Below, in pieces: positions 49,906 through 59,939 of a stretch of DNA of 64,000 nt (positions are counted from its first letter, which is position 1; every line of letters begins with the position of its first letter). Both the position numbers and the translations under genes were made by a program. The notes below the pieces were generated by a model that worked only from the letters and a program-made list of their open reading frames with translations, made no database searches and had not been told where the DNA came from. This DNA comes from Oscillospiraceae bacterium (GTDB taxonomy: Bacteria; Bacillota; Clostridia; Oscillospirales; UBA929): the NCBI GenBank assembly GCA_009782475.1, contig WRIZ01000007.1, forward strand, positions 2,132 to 66,131, in the 5' to 3' direction.

Positions 49906-52092
49906 TTATTCTGCCGCCAGCAGCCCTTTTAACCCGCTGTAGCGTTTCAACCGCTTATCGTTCTGCGTCATGGCGGCGACCGTATCCTCCTGTCCGACCA
50001 TGATGAGCCACTCCCGCGCCCTCGTGACGGCGGTGTACAGCACACGCCGGGTCATCAGTTTCCGCGGCCCCGGCATAACGGCCAGCACAACGGCTTTATA
50101 TTCGCTCCCCTGCGCTTTGTGAACCGTCAGCGCGTAGGCCGGTTCCAGCTCGCCTAGGTTGTCGAACGCGTAGTCGGCCAAACGGTCGTCGTATCGGACA
50201 GTCAATGACGACGCTTTGAGGTCGATTTGTACAATAACGCCGATCTCGCCGTTGAATATCCCTGTGCCAGCCTGCGGGCTGTCTTCCTGTTTCCACAGTA
50301 TATCATAATTGTTGCGGATTTGCATGACGCGGTCGCCCTCGCGGTATAAAAACTCACCGAACCGCTTTTCCAGCTTGTGTTCGGCCGCCGGGTTCAACGC
50401 CTCCTGCAAGACCTTGTTGAGGCTGACGGTGCCGCACGGCCCCCGCCGTGTGGCTGTGAGGACTTGGATATTCTCCGGCTCGATGCCAAGCTTGTCCGGC
50501 AGGCGGGCGGCGCAGAGTTCTGTGATGGTCTCCACAGCCGACAGCATGTCGCGGCGGCGCAGGAAAAAGAGGTTTTTATCGTTGCGGAACTCCGGCAGTT
50601 CCCCCCGGTTGACGCTGTGCGCCCCGGTGACGATCAGGCTCTCGGCGGCCTGGCGGAAAATCTCGGTCAGGCGGACAGAGGGGGTTTCCCCGCCATTCAG
50701 GATGTCTTCCAACACCGTTCCCGGCCCCACCGCCGGGAGCTGGTCGGGGTCGCCCACCAGCACCAGCCTTGTTTCCTCCGGCATCGAACGGGCGACGCAA
50801 TCCATCAAAAGAACGTCCAGCATCGACACTTCGTCCAACACCACAACGTCGGCGTTCAGCGGGTTTTCCTCGTCCCGCAGGAAGCGCATGACGCCCCGTT
50901 CCGGGTCATAGCCGAATTCCAGCAGGCGATGGACGGTCGATGCCTCCCGCCCGCACAGTTCGCTCAGCCGTTTGGCGGCGCGCCCGGTCGGGGCGGCCAG
51001 CAGCACCTTCAGCCCCATCCAGTCAAACAGCCGCAGGAGTCCGCGCACCGTCGTTGTCTTGCCCGTCCCCGGCCCCCCGGTCAACACCGTCAGGCTGCAC
51101 CCGGCCGCCGTCATCAACGCTTCCCGCTGCAAATCGGCGTATTGGATCGATAACTCCTGCTCGATCCGCCCGATGACGCCGCTTATATCGCGGGGGAGAG
51201 AGAAGGCTTGCGCCGATCGTTGACGGATGAAACGGGCGACGTTCCGCTCAGCGTCGTATAAGTGCTTGAGGTACACCGAGCCGTCGTCACAGGCGACGAT
51301 CGTGCCTTCGCAATACAGCTCCTGAAGAGCGTCCTCCAGCGGGTCTTCTTCGGCGGCCAGCAGCTCGGCCGTGGCCGGAATGAGTTTTTCACGCGGGAGA
51401 TAGACGTGTCCTTGGTCGAGGTTGTAATACAATTCGTATAATAACCCGGCTTTCAGCCTGACGGGTTCCGCTTCCCCAATGCCCAGCGAACCAGCCAGCT
51501 TGTCCACATGGTCGAAAGACGCCTCAAACGGCGGATACAGCAATACATACGGGTCTTCAGCAAGACGGTCGGAAGCCTCGGTTCCGTACCGTTTGGTCAG
51601 CTCTGCCGCGTAGGATGGGGAGAGATCGTTTTTGACCATTTGCTCCATCAGGCGGCGGAGAGCTGTTTGCTTTCCGAACAGTTCCCCGATGGATTGGGCG
51701 CGTTTAGGGGTGATGCCCCGCACCTCGCTCAAACGGTTTGGCTGGTGTTCCATCACATCGAGTGTTTCGGAGCCGAACCGCTCGACCAAAAGCCGCGCCG
51801 TCGCCTGCCCGACCCCCTGAATGATCCCCGAAGCGAGGTATTCCTGAATGGCCGAGGTCTCCGACGGGAGACACCGTTCGGCCGACTGCACGGTAAACTG
51901 CGGCCCGTGCGCCGGATGCTGCGTCCATCGTCCCCGCGCGGATATGTCCTCCCCCGGAGCGGGAGAGGGAATATGCCCCACGGCGGTTTGCAATGAACCA
52001 TCCGGGCAGGCTACGCGCAGCACCGCCCAGCCCGTCTCCTCATTCGCGTAGACGACCGCCTGTATGACGCCCTCTAATATCTCGTCCGTCGT
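49906..52092 (-). CDS. recD2: RecD2 ATP-dependent helicase (start inferred at ACG 52092)
   Basis: HhH repeats, TGGPGTGKTT, APTGRAAKR, DEVSM, GDPDQLP, FNGEIG, TVHKAQGSEY, LYTAVTRA. Confidence 0.95.
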   Translation of the reverse strand, partial: TTDEILEGVIQAVVYANEETGWAVLRVACPDGSLQTAVGHIPSPAPGEDISARGRWTQHPAHGPQFTVQSAERCLPSETSAIQEYLASGIIQGVGQATARLLVERFGSETLDVMEHQPNRLSEVRGITPKRAQSIGELFGKQTALRRLMEQMVKNDLSPSYAAELTKRYGTEASDRLAEDPYVLLYPPFEASFDHVDKLAGSLGIGEAEPVRLKAGLLYELYYNLDQGHVYLPREKLIPATAELLAAEEDPLEDALQELYCEGTIVACDDGSVYLKHLYDAERNVARFIRQRSAQAFSLPRDISGVIGRIEQELSIQYADLQREALMTAAGCSLTVLTGGPGTGKTTTVRGLLRLFDWMGLKVLLAAPTGRAAKRLSELCGREASTVHRLLEFGYDPERGVMRFLRDEENPLNADVVVLDEVSMLDVLLMDCVARSMPEETRLVLVGDPDQLPAVGPGTVLEDILNGGETPSVRLTEIFRQAAESLIVTGAHSVNRGELPEFRNDKNLFFLRRRDMLSAVETITELCAARLPDKLGIEPENIQVLTATRRGPCGTVSLNKVLQEALNPAAEHKLEKRFGEFLYREGDRVMQIRNNYDILWKQEDSPQAGTGIFNGEIGVIVQIDLKASSLTVRYDDRLADYAFDNLGELEPAYALTVHKAQGSEYKAVVLAVMPGPRKLMTRRVLYTAVTRAREWLIMVGQEDTVAAMTQNDKRLKRYSGLKGLLAAE

Positions 52093-52243
52093 CCGACACC
52101 CCTTTGTAAACCTGTCCCAGCCAATCGGGTTTTGCGGCGGTCAGCGGGAATCCCAGCCATCTGCCGAAGACAGCCCACCCGGCCATGACCGCGCCGTATG
52201 CGCACAATACCGCCAAGAACCATGTCAGCAACATCGTCTCCAC
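52040..52243 (-). CDS. Small putative membrane protein
   Basis: GTG start, SD AAGGG, N-terminal TM segment, CATAGGAT promoter upstream; C-terminus overlaps the recD2 start. Confidence 0.45.
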   Translation of the reverse strand: METMLLTWFLAVLCAYGAVMAGWAVFGRWLGFPLTAAKPDWLGQVYKGVSDDGRDIRGRHTGGRLRE

Positions 52244-52281
52244 CCCTTACGGGGTATCCTATGCCGTCCGCCCGCCAAGCG

Positions 52282-53163
52282 TCACAAAAACCGCTTCCTT
52301 CCCAAGACGAACGAAAGCAGCCCGCCCAAAAGAAAGGTCACAATGCCCGCGGTGACGAGAGAGACCGAAAAGTCGCTCTGATATACGCCCGGCTCATTGA
52401 AAAGGGCGTAAACAGAACCTAAGAGCAATCCCAGTAAGACCAGATTAACCTGCCTATAATAACTTTTTAAGAGTATCCCAATCATTTTGGACATGGTGAT
52501 ACAGCCGATGATGATACCCGCGCCGAGAGGCAATAGAACCTTGCCAATATCCGGCAGCAGCCCGATGTTTGTGAAAACGGCCGATACATCTTTGACCGAA
52601 TCCATCACCGGCTGATAAACCCCCAGCAGGAGTAAAAAGAAGGAGCCGCTTACGCCCGGTAAAACCATAGCCGCCGCCGCCAAAATCCCGGCGAAGAAGA
52701 GAAACACCATAAACGGCACGCTTATATCCGCCGCCGCGTCAACCGGATTTACGGCATAAACACGCTTCAAATGGGACATGACCGGTAAGGCCAAAGCGGG
52801 GATCAGGATCAAAACGGTTTCAAAAGGCCTGTATCCGCGTCCGCGCTCTTTGCCGTTCCGGTACATATAAGGGATGATCCCAACAACCAATCCGATAAAG
52901 AACAGTATCATGGGGAAGGAGTAATGATCCAGCAGATAACTCATGACCCTGCTGAAAGCCAGTAAGCCGCAAGCCGCGCCAATGAAAAAGAGAAGTAAAA
53001 ACCGCAGGTGCTTCCGAATGTTTTTTTGAAAGCTGCCTATCGCTTCGATCAAATCGTCATAAAACCCCAAAATAACGGCAATGGTTCCCCCGCTCACACC
53101 GGGAACGGTTTCCGTGATCCCGAATGCCAGCCCGTTTATAACCGTCCGTATTGCTTTGAGCAT
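52282..53163 (-). CDS. DUF368 family membrane protein (undecaprenyl-phosphate translocase family)
   Basis: Twice-repeated PGVSG motif (VPGVSGGTIA, LPGVSGS). Confidence 0.9.
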   Translation of the reverse strand: MLKAIRTVINGLAFGITETVPGVSGGTIAVILGFYDDLIEAIGSFQKNIRKHLRFLLLFFIGAACGLLAFSRVMSYLLDHYSFPMILFFIGLVVGIIPYMYRNGKERGRGYRPFETVLILIPALALPVMSHLKRVYAVNPVDAAADISVPFMVFLFFAGILAAAAMVLPGVSGSFFLLLLGVYQPVMDSVKDVSAVFTNIGLLPDIGKVLLPLGAGIIIGCITMSKMIGILLKSYYRQVNLVLLGLLLGSVYALFNEPGVYQSDFSVSLVTAGIVTFLLGGLLSFVLGRKRFL

Positions 53164-53215
53164 CTTACCACCCGCAATTTTGGATTTATTATGTCAACCG
53201 ATATTATATCACGCC

Positions 53216-53257
53216 AAGCAAAAAGACGCAAGCGAAATGCGTCTTTTTTGCTTTTTT
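53216..53257. terminator. Intrinsic terminator after ribU
   Basis: AAAAAGACGCA/TGCGTCTTTTT stem with flanking A/T tracts. Confidence 0.8.
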
Positions 53258-53266
53258 GATATACAC

Positions 53267-53872
53267 TTAACTCTTTGCCGCCCTTCCGTGGATGAGCCAA
53301 GACAACCTTTTATAGGTCAGGAAGGTGATCAGGCCGATTGACACGCCTTTCAGCAGGTTGAACGGTGTGATGGACAAGAGCACTACCTTCCACAGGCTGT
53401 CAACAGCGGGGATGATGGCGGCGCAAATGCCTATTAAAACTTCCTCGGGAACCATCACCCTTGTGAAAAACGGAACGGTGATATAGTAATTCGCGAATAT
53501 CCCCACAAACGCCATGGTAAACACGCCGATTCCCATCCCCAGCAACGCGCCGCCGCGTGTTTTCCGAAATCGGTAAACCATCCCGGCCGGCAGCACCAAC
53601 GCGGCACCCACGATGAAGTTGGCCAGTTCGCCAACCCCGCCGGTGGTGGTCACCGTAAGATGTATCGCGTTTTTCAGCAGTACGATGGTGACCCCGGCGA
53701 CCGGGCCGAAAGAGAACGCCCCAATCAATGCCGGAAGCTCGGAAAAATCCATTTTCAAGAACTCCGGGAAAATCGGCAGCGGGAATTCCAGTATCATCAG
53801 AACGGAGGCCACCCCGGCCAGCATGGCTGTGACCGTCATCACGCGGAGGCTGCTTTTCATCGTTTTCACCAT
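53267..53872 (-). CDS. ribU: ECF transporter S component, riboflavin
   Basis: PEFLKMDFSELPALIG.F..GP..G, GVGELAN, PFNLLKG; FMN riboswitch upstream. Confidence 0.93.
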   Translation of the reverse strand: MVKTMKSSLRVMTVTAMLAGVASVLMILEFPLPIFPEFLKMDFSELPALIGAFSFGPVAGVTIVLLKNAIHLTVTTTGGVGELANFIVGAALVLPAGMVYRFRKTRGGALLGMGIGVFTMAFVGIFANYYITVPFFTRVMVPEEVLIGICAAIIPAVDSLWKVVLLSITPFNLLKGVSIGLITFLTYKRLSWLIHGRAAKS

Positions 53873-53897
53873 TATCATCTCCTAAATCACAAGATAA

Positions 53898-53926
53898 ACG
53901 CCCTTAAACGGTTCGTTTAAGGGCGT
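53898..53926 (-). terminator. Riboswitch expression-platform hairpin
   Basis: 13-bp stem ACGCCCTTAAACG/CGTTTAAGGGCGT followed on the minus strand by a U-rich tract. Confidence 0.7.
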
Positions 53927-53951
53927 GACAACGCATAAAACTATGCGGCTC

Positions 53952-54186
53952 ACCTTCTTCCATCCAGACTGTAACTGTCGGCACCGGAATCACACCGGTT
54001 CAGCGGAAATATTCCGCTCGCGGGCTTTGAATGTCGCGCTCTGTGCGCGGTTCACGGGCGGTTGCGGAAACCTCTCCGGTTACGTTCGCAGGCTCACTAG
54101 ACCTGCGAGGTGTTCCGCTCCCTGTGACCCGACAGAGCAGCTCTCTTCTTACCGCCGGTGGGGACTTTCACCCCGCCCTGAAGATG
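53952..54186 (-). ncRNA. FMN riboswitch with about 120-nt insertion
   Basis: AUCUUCAGGGCGGGGUGAAAGUCCCCACCGGCGGUA...AGCCCGCGAGC...CCGGUGUGAUUCCGGUGCCGACAGUUACAGUCUGGAUG consensus blocks. Confidence 0.95.
54032..54149 (-). repeat. Structured repeat element, copy B (inside FMN aptamer)
   Basis: Same flanks and stems as 18508-18587 with compensatory substitutions and a longer internal domain. Confidence 0.8.
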
Positions 54187-54204
54187 TATTTACTTTTGGA
54201 CTGC

Positions 54205-55155
54205 TTACGCGATCTGCGGGATGTCGATCACAACGCCGCTGCCGATTTGGTTGAAGGTATAGTTCATGATCATTTCCATGTCGACCGTTTCACCCATAAC
54301 CGACATATCCATCTTCATGGCCATCCGCATGGATTTCAGGTTGCCGCTGTTGTCGGCAACGGCTTCGATGATGACGTCGCCAATGTTCATGTCAACCGAC
54401 GACATGCCGCCCAGTTCATCCATAGCGTCGCCCATCGAATCAAGCACAAAATCGGAAAGCATGGAACCGTCCACAATGATGGTGATCTTTTCGCCGCCGC
54501 TCACCGTTGTTGTTTCCACCGATTTGATGGCTTCTTCCTCAAAATCAGGCAAATTGACGGTGCTGTCCATCTGCGTGTTGAGCTGATCCATCAGTTCATT
54601 CATATCAAACCCCATATCGGCCGCGCTTTCGCCTCTCACCGGGATTTCCTCGCCGTTCATGGCAAAATACTCTATGAGGCCGTTGGTGTTGAGAATCATT
54701 TCAATCTCTTCACCCTGCATTTCCATGATGTAATACAGCTTTGCCCCGTCAAAGATCATCTCCATATAGATGTCTTCCCCGTACATATCCATGTTCATCA
54801 CCATGGCGAGTTTTTCTACGCCGTCTTCGATGACCATCTTCATATTGCCGTCCATACGCATGGATACATTTTCAAACCCGGCTTTCATACGGATGTCCAT
54901 ATCGAAATCCACGTCAAATTGCGTGTCGTCTCCATCGCTGTTAAGCCCTTCCATCCAGTTTGTGTATGTGGTATGGGCTTTGCTCTTTGTCATACCCGAC
55001 AGCAAAGCGTCTTCCTTTTTGCCGTCTTTCTCTTCCGGGCTGTTTTTGCCGCCGAAACCGCCTCCCGAAGAGCCGCCTCCCGACGTATCGTTTGCGCATG
55101 CTGCCATCAACAACGACAAAACAATGACGAGCGCGAGAATGGTTTTTCTTCTCAT
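54205..55155 (-). CDS. Met-rich acidic lipoprotein
   Basis: Lipobox MAAC, Gly/Ser linker, 38 Met in 316 aa in alternating MxMxM runs. Confidence 0.75.
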   Translation of the reverse strand: MRRKTILALVIVLSLLMAACANDTSGGGSSGGGFGGKNSPEEKDGKKEDALLSGMTKSKAHTTYTNWMEGLNSDGDDTQFDVDFDMDIRMKAGFENVSMRMDGNMKMVIEDGVEKLAMVMNMDMYGEDIYMEMIFDGAKLYYIMEMQGEEIEMILNTNGLIEYFAMNGEEIPVRGESAADMGFDMNELMDQLNTQMDSTVNLPDFEEEAIKSVETTTVSGGEKITIIVDGSMLSDFVLDSMGDAMDELGGMSSVDMNIGDVIIEAVADNSGNLKSMRMAMKMDMSVMGETVDMEMIMNYTFNQIGSGVVIDIPQIA

Positions 55156-55199
55156 AGCGATCCCTCTTTCCTCATATTTGAGTTTTCCCCTTAGGGATC

Positions 55200-55228
55200 A
55201 TTATAACGGCATCATTTCGTTTTGTCAA
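55200..55228 (-). promoter_or_regulatory. sigma-A promoter TTGACA-N17-TATAAT overlapping the uvrA stop
   Basis: Perfect consensus. Confidence 0.85.
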
Positions 55229-58052
55229 GGAGGGCTTCTTTCAAAAACTGCCCCGTATACGACACCTCACAGGCCGCCACCTCTTCCGGCGTGCCTTGCG
55301 CGACGATTTCGCCGCCTCCCCCGCCGCCTTCGGGACCGAGGTCGATGACATGGTCGGCCGTTTTGATGACCTCAAGGTTGTGCTCAATGACCAAAACGGT
55401 ATTGCCGCCTTCCACCAGCCTCCCCAGCACCTCGATCAGGCGGTGGGTGTCGGCGATGTGCAGCCCGGTGGTCGGCTCATCAAGGATGTAGATGGTGCTT
55501 CCGGTGCCGCGTTTGGAAAGCTCGGTCGCCAGTTTCACCCGCTGCGCCTCGCCGCCCGACAGCGTCGTCGAGGGCTGACCCAGCTTGATATACCCCAGCC
55601 CCACCTCGCAGAGGGTTTGGATTTTGCGGTGTATCCGGGGGATGGGCGCGAAAAACTCCAACGCTTCGGCGCAGGTCATGTCGAGGACTTCGTGGATATT
55701 CTTGGTTTTATAACGCACTTCCAGCGTCTCGCGGTTGTAGCGTTTGCCTTTGCATACATCACAGGGGATGTAGATGTCGGGCAGGAAGTGCATCTCAATT
55801 TTAATCAGCCCGTCGCCCGCGCAGGCTTCGCACCGCCCGCCGCGTGTGTTGAACGAAAACCGCCCTGGGCCGTAGCCGCGTATCTTTGCGTCCGGGGTGG
55901 CGGCGAACAGGTCGCGGATGTCGGAGAACAGCCCGGTATAGGTCGCCGGGTTGCTTCGGGGCGTCCGCCCGATGGGGGATTGGTCGATGTCGATGACTTT
56001 GTCGAGGTGTTCCAGCCCTTCGATGCGGTCGTGCGCGCCGGGGCGGGTACGGGCACGGTTAAGTGATCCGGCGAGGGCTTTATACAGAATGTGGTTGACC
56101 AGTGAGCTCTTGCCCGAGCCGGAAACGCCTGTGATACAGGTTTGGCAGCCGAGCGGAATGGAAACGTCAATGTTTTTCAGGTTGTTCTCCCGCGCGCCGC
56201 GGACGGTCAGCGTTTTGCCGTTCCCTTTGTGCCGGACGGCAGGGACGGGGACGGACTGTTTGCCCGAGAGGTATTGCCCGGTGACCGAGCCGGGGCAGTC
56301 CATAATCTCCTGAAGTGTCCCGGCGGCGACGACTTCGCCGCCCTGAACGCCCGCGCCGGGGCCGACGTCAACGATGTAATCGGCTTCCAGCATGGTTTCC
56401 TCGTCATGCTCGACAACGAGGAGGGTGTTGCCGAGGTCGCGCAGGCGTTTGAGGGTGGCCAGCAGCTTTTTGTTGTCCCGCTGGTGAAGACCAATCGACG
56501 GCTCGTCGAGGATATACAAAACCCCCATCAGCGACGAACCGATTTGAGTCGCCAGCCTGATCCGCTGGCTCTCGCCGCCCGACAAACTGCCCGACTGGCG
56601 CGAGAGGGTAAGGTATTCCAGCCCGACCGAACGCAGGAATCCCAGCCGTTCGCGGATTTCTTTCAGGATACGGTCGGCAATCAGGCTCTCTTGGGTGGTA
56701 AACTCCACCGTATCCCAAAAGGCCAGCGCGTCGGTGACCGGCTTTAAGGCGTATTCGGAAATGTCCAGCCCCCCCACAGTGACGGCAAGGCTCTCTTTTT
56801 TCAGCCGTTTGCCTTTACACTCGGGGCAGGGAACGGGCGACATCATCTCCTCGATGTGCTGGCGTGAGCCGTCGGACTGGGTGTCGCGGTAGCGGCGTTC
56901 GAGGTTGTTGACCAGCCCCTCGAAAGCGTGGCGGTGGATGCCGGTCGAGCCGTTGGCCTTGATGTAAGGCAGGTCGAGCTTGACGCCTTTGGTGCCGTAC
57001 ATCAGCGCGTCGAAGGCTTCCTCCGGGATGTCGCACACCGGGGTGTCGAGCGAGAAATCATACCGTTTGGACAGGCCGCCGAAATACATGCGGGCGATAG
57101 AGTTGTCGTCGGCTCCGTTCCACCCGCCCGCGACGACGGCACCGCCGCTCAAGGACAGCGACATATCGGGGATGACCCGGTCGGGGTCGACCTTCAAATG
57201 CGCGCCCAGCCCCATACACTTGGGACAGGAGCCATAAGGGTTGTTGAACGAGAACATGCGCGGCGTCAGCTCTTCCATCGAGACGCCGCAGTCTTCGCAG
57301 GCGTAATTCTGCGAAAAGAGCAGCTCTTTCTCGCCCGGGCCGATGTCGATGATGATCAGCCCGCCCGACAGCCCGGCCGCGATCTCGGTTGAGTCGGTCA
57401 ACCGCTGCTGGATGTCGGACTTGATGACAAGGCGGTCGATGACGATCTCAATGTTATGCTTCTTGTTTTTATCCAGCGTGATCGTCTCGGTCAGGTCGTA
57501 CATGCTCCCGTCGACGCGGACGCGGGTAAACCCGCTCTTTCTCGCGTCGGTGAACACCTTGGTATACTCGCCCTTGCGGGCGCGAACCACCGGCGCGAGG
57601 ATTTGGATGCGCGACGATTCAGGCAACGCCATTACCTGATCGATGATCTGATCGATGGTCTGCTGATGGATGACCTTCCCGCAGCGCGGGCAATGGGGGA
57701 TGCCCACCCTTGCCCAAAGCAGGCGCAGGTAGTCGTATATCTCGGTGACCGTCCCCACCGTGGAGCGCGGGTTTTTGCTGGTGGTCTTTTGGTCGATGGA
57801 GATGGCCGGGCTGAGGCCGTCGATGTAGTCGACGTCGGGCTTCTCCATCTGCCCCAAAAACTGCCGGGCATACGCCGACAGGCTCTCCACATACCGCCGC
57901 TGCCCTTCGGCGTAGATGGTATCGAACGCCAGCGAACTCTTCCCCGACCCGGACAGCCCGGTTAGAACGACCAGCTTGTCCCGCGGGATCTCGACGTCGA
58001 TGTTTTTCAGGTTATGCTCGCGCGCGCCTTTGACAAAGATTGAATTTCGCAT
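55212..58052 (-). CDS. uvrA: Excinuclease ABC subunit A
   Basis: GAREHNLKN, two Walker A motifs ([18 protein letters not shown]), zinc fingers, LSGGE signatures. Confidence 0.99.
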   Translation of the reverse strand: MRNSIFVKGAREHNLKNIDVEIPRDKLVVLTGLSGSGKSSLAFDTIYAEGQRRYVESLSAYARQFLGQMEKPDVDYIDGLSPAISIDQKTTSKNPRSTVGTVTEIYDYLRLLWARVGIPHCPRCGKVIHQQTIDQIIDQVMALPESSRIQILAPVVRARKGEYTKVFTDARKSGFTRVRVDGSMYDLTETITLDKNKKHNIEIVIDRLVIKSDIQQRLTDSTEIAAGLSGGLIIIDIGPGEKELLFSQNYACEDCGVSMEELTPRMFSFNNPYGSCPKCMGLGAHLKVDPDRVIPDMSLSLSGGAVVAGGWNGADDNSIARMYFGGLSKRYDFSLDTPVCDIPEEAFDALMYGTKGVKLDLPYIKANGSTGIHRHAFEGLVNNLERRYRDTQSDGSRQHIEEMMSPVPCPECKGKRLKKESLAVTVGGLDISEYALKPVTDALAFWDTVEFTTQESLIADRILKEIRERLGFLRSVGLEYLTLSRQSGSLSGGESQRIRLATQIGSSLMGVLYILDEPSIGLHQRDNKKLLATLKRLRDLGNTLLVVEHDEETMLEADYIVDVGPGAGVQGGEVVAAGTLQEIMDCPGSVTGQYLSGKQSVPVPAVRHKGNGKTLTVRGARENNLKNIDVSIPLGCQTCITGVSGSGKSSLVNHILYKALAGSLNRARTRPGAHDRIEGLEHLDKVIDIDQSPIGRTPRSNPATYTGLFSDIRDLFAATPDAKIRGYGPGRFSFNTRGGRCEACAGDGLIKIEMHFLPDIYIPCDVCKGKRYNRETLEVRYKTKNIHEVLDMTCAEALEFFAPIPRIHRKIQTLCEVGLGYIKLGQPSTTLSGGEAQRVKLATELSKRGTGSTIYILDEPTTGLHIADTHRLIEVLGRLVEGGNTVLVIEHNLEVIKTADHVIDLGPEGGGGGGEIVAQGTPEEVAACEVSYTGQFLKEALLDKTK

Positions 58053-58082
58053 GTTTGACCCCTTGACTATCATTTGAATTTT

Positions 58083-58964
58083 TTAGTGATGATAAACTCC
58101 CTCAATACGGGTGGCAGCCTTGCCGCCGAAACGTATGCAATCATTCATATATACCAGCTTCACGGTGTTGTAAATCCGATCGGCACCGCCTTGCTCGATC
58201 GTTATCGGGCTGCCGTCCCATACCTTGTTTTTGAGCATGTAATAGCCAAACGCGCTGTTCCCCGAACCGGTGGCAGGGTCTTCCAAATAACCAAATTTCG
58301 GTGCGAATACGCGTGTACGCGCTTTGTTTTGCGGATTTTCTGTTTCAAGCGAGAAAATCAATGTTATATCAATTTGTTGATTTAAGCAAAAGGTTTTCAA
58401 GATTTGCTCATCCGGGAAAATGCTTATCTCATCTTTCAACGCGGTCATCGGAACGATCAGTGTTTTCAATCCCGCATCGATGACGTCAACAGGATACGAA
58501 TTGGAGATTTGATTCTTTTGAAGCGATAAAGCCTCCGACACCTCATCTATACTTAACTCCGTTCCGATATGCCGAGGCTTGGGGGCGGATATATAAACCG
58601 CATCTTGTGTTTCAATCTCATTATACACCGTAAGGACGCCTTTTTTACCCGCGTAAATTGTGATTTCTTTCTTTTCCAGCAGAGCGGGATTCCCTTTGAT
58701 GAGGTCATACATACACGCAACGGTGCCGTGCCCGCAAAAATCGACTTCACATTCGGAAGAATAGTATGTAAGCTCAAAAGAACGATCCGGTTTCGTCCGG
58801 CAATAAACAACCTCAGAAATAAAACCTTTATGCCGCTTTGCGATATGCAGCATGTCGGCTTCGCTCAAAGACTGCCCTTCTTTCAAATAGATACAAGCCG
58901 CCGGATTGCCCAATGATTCCCCGGAGGTAAAAGCATCTATTTTTTTATACCCGTATGGTTTCAT
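58083..58964 (-). CDS. PhzF family epimerase/isomerase
   Basis: IDAF...GNPAA, EVDFCGHGT, EDPATGSGN, IEQG. Confidence 0.92.
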   Translation of the reverse strand: MKPYGYKKIDAFTSGESLGNPAACIYLKEGQSLSEADMLHIAKRHKGFISEVVYCRTKPDRSFELTYYSSECEVDFCGHGTVACMYDLIKGNPALLEKKEITIYAGKKGVLTVYNEIETQDAVYISAPKPRHIGTELSIDEVSEALSLQKNQISNSYPVDVIDAGLKTLIVPMTALKDEISIFPDEQILKTFCLNQQIDITLIFSLETENPQNKARTRVFAPKFGYLEDPATGSGNSAFGYYMLKNKVWDGSPITIEQGGADRIYNTVKLVYMNDCIRFGGKAATRIEGVYHH

Positions 58965-58967
58965 CCT

Positions 58968-59420
58968 TTATTCACCGTCGTAATACTCCACGCCGCTGTC
59001 CAGTCGGTAGTTGTCATATATCCCGTCGGCTCTTACGCCCAGCTTTTTAGAATGGGGATAATATACGATTTCCGGTCTGATATGAGTATCCACATCTAGA
59101 TAGATTAGATCCTCCGTCTCCGAAGTGTTTGTGATTTTGTGCGCGCCCTCCTTCACAGCCGGGCAGACGATGACGTCTCCCGCCGCAATAGGGCGGCGTT
59201 CCTCAAAGGTTTCCAAAACCCCGCTCCCGGAAATCACATAAAAAACCTCTTCGTTGGCGGTGTGGTAATGAAAAGGATAGTTCGATTTGCCGGGTGACAG
59301 CGTATAAAACGCCGTTTTCATTTGACTGTACGACACTTCATGCATGGTATATTCATACTGGTTGTGTTCGTGGTGTTTGGGCGTGATTGTCTCTCTGTTA
59401 GTGATGATGATCTCGTTCAT
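58968..59420 (-). CDS. Cupin-domain protein
   Basis: PFHYHTANEEVFYVISG.G, GDVI..P...AH.I.N, YPHSKK. Confidence 0.9.
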   Translation of the reverse strand: MNEIIITNRETITPKHHEHNQYEYTMHEVSYSQMKTAFYTLSPGKSNYPFHYHTANEEVFYVISGSGVLETFEERRPIAAGDVIVCPAVKEGAHKITNTSETEDLIYLDVDTHIRPEIVYYPHSKKLGVRADGIYDNYRLDSGVEYYDGE

Positions 59421-59438
59421 TGTTTCATTTCCTTTCTA

Positions 59439-59924
59439 TTATATATCATTATTTTTATGGATAATTAGCCCTTTCATATGTTCCAGCGTCGCCGCGTCAG
59501 GATCGCGGAGCCGGATGACGAAATGCCCGCAAGTATGATGATACTTTTCTCCGCAAATCACGACGCTGTGACCGTCGCCGTTGTTGCACATATGAACGCA
59601 TTTGGTGCAGGGATGAATCCCCGCGATGACCTTTTCTTTGATGTTTTCGTCATTGATAAACTCATTAAGGTACTCGTCGCGCTGCCCGGAAGGCCAGATA
59701 TACCAAGACCCGTTATATAATTTCAGATAGCAGACCCGGACTTTACGATAGGTCGCCGACCATGAGTTGGCCGAGCCCCATTGAGGGTTCATTTTATTTG
59801 CCCTTAACCATGAGACGAAATCAAGGGCGTTTTTTAGATTTTCGCCTTTGAGATACCCATTTAGTACATCTTCTATTTTGGGACGCACTTTCTTTTGCTC
59901 GCGGTACAAGGATTCACTATCCAT
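59439..59924 (-). CDS. Hypothetical protein with Cys cluster (CTKC-x3-C...C...C)
   Basis: SD GGGGG and ATG, in operon orientation; no family recognised. Confidence 0.7.
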   Translation of the reverse strand: MDSESLYREQKKVRPKIEDVLNGYLKGENLKNALDFVSWLRANKMNPQWGSANSWSATYRKVRVCYLKLYNGSWYIWPSGQRDEYLNEFINDENIKEKVIAGIHPCTKCVHMCNNGDGHSVVICGEKYHHTCGHFVIRLRDPDAATLEHMKGLIIHKNNDI

Positions 59925-59939
59925 CTTACCTGTCCCCCT

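Noticed and set aside
57314-57332. GAGCAGCTCTTTCT match to the structured element's flank inside uvrA
   Set aside because: Encodes conserved-looking KELLF; the other arm and stems are absent, so a chance match.
58958-59441. Gapped similarity AATA(GA)AAGGA(AA)TGAAAC on both sides of the cupin gene
   Set aside because: Needs two gaps and is mostly A-rich SD sequence; not counted as evidence.
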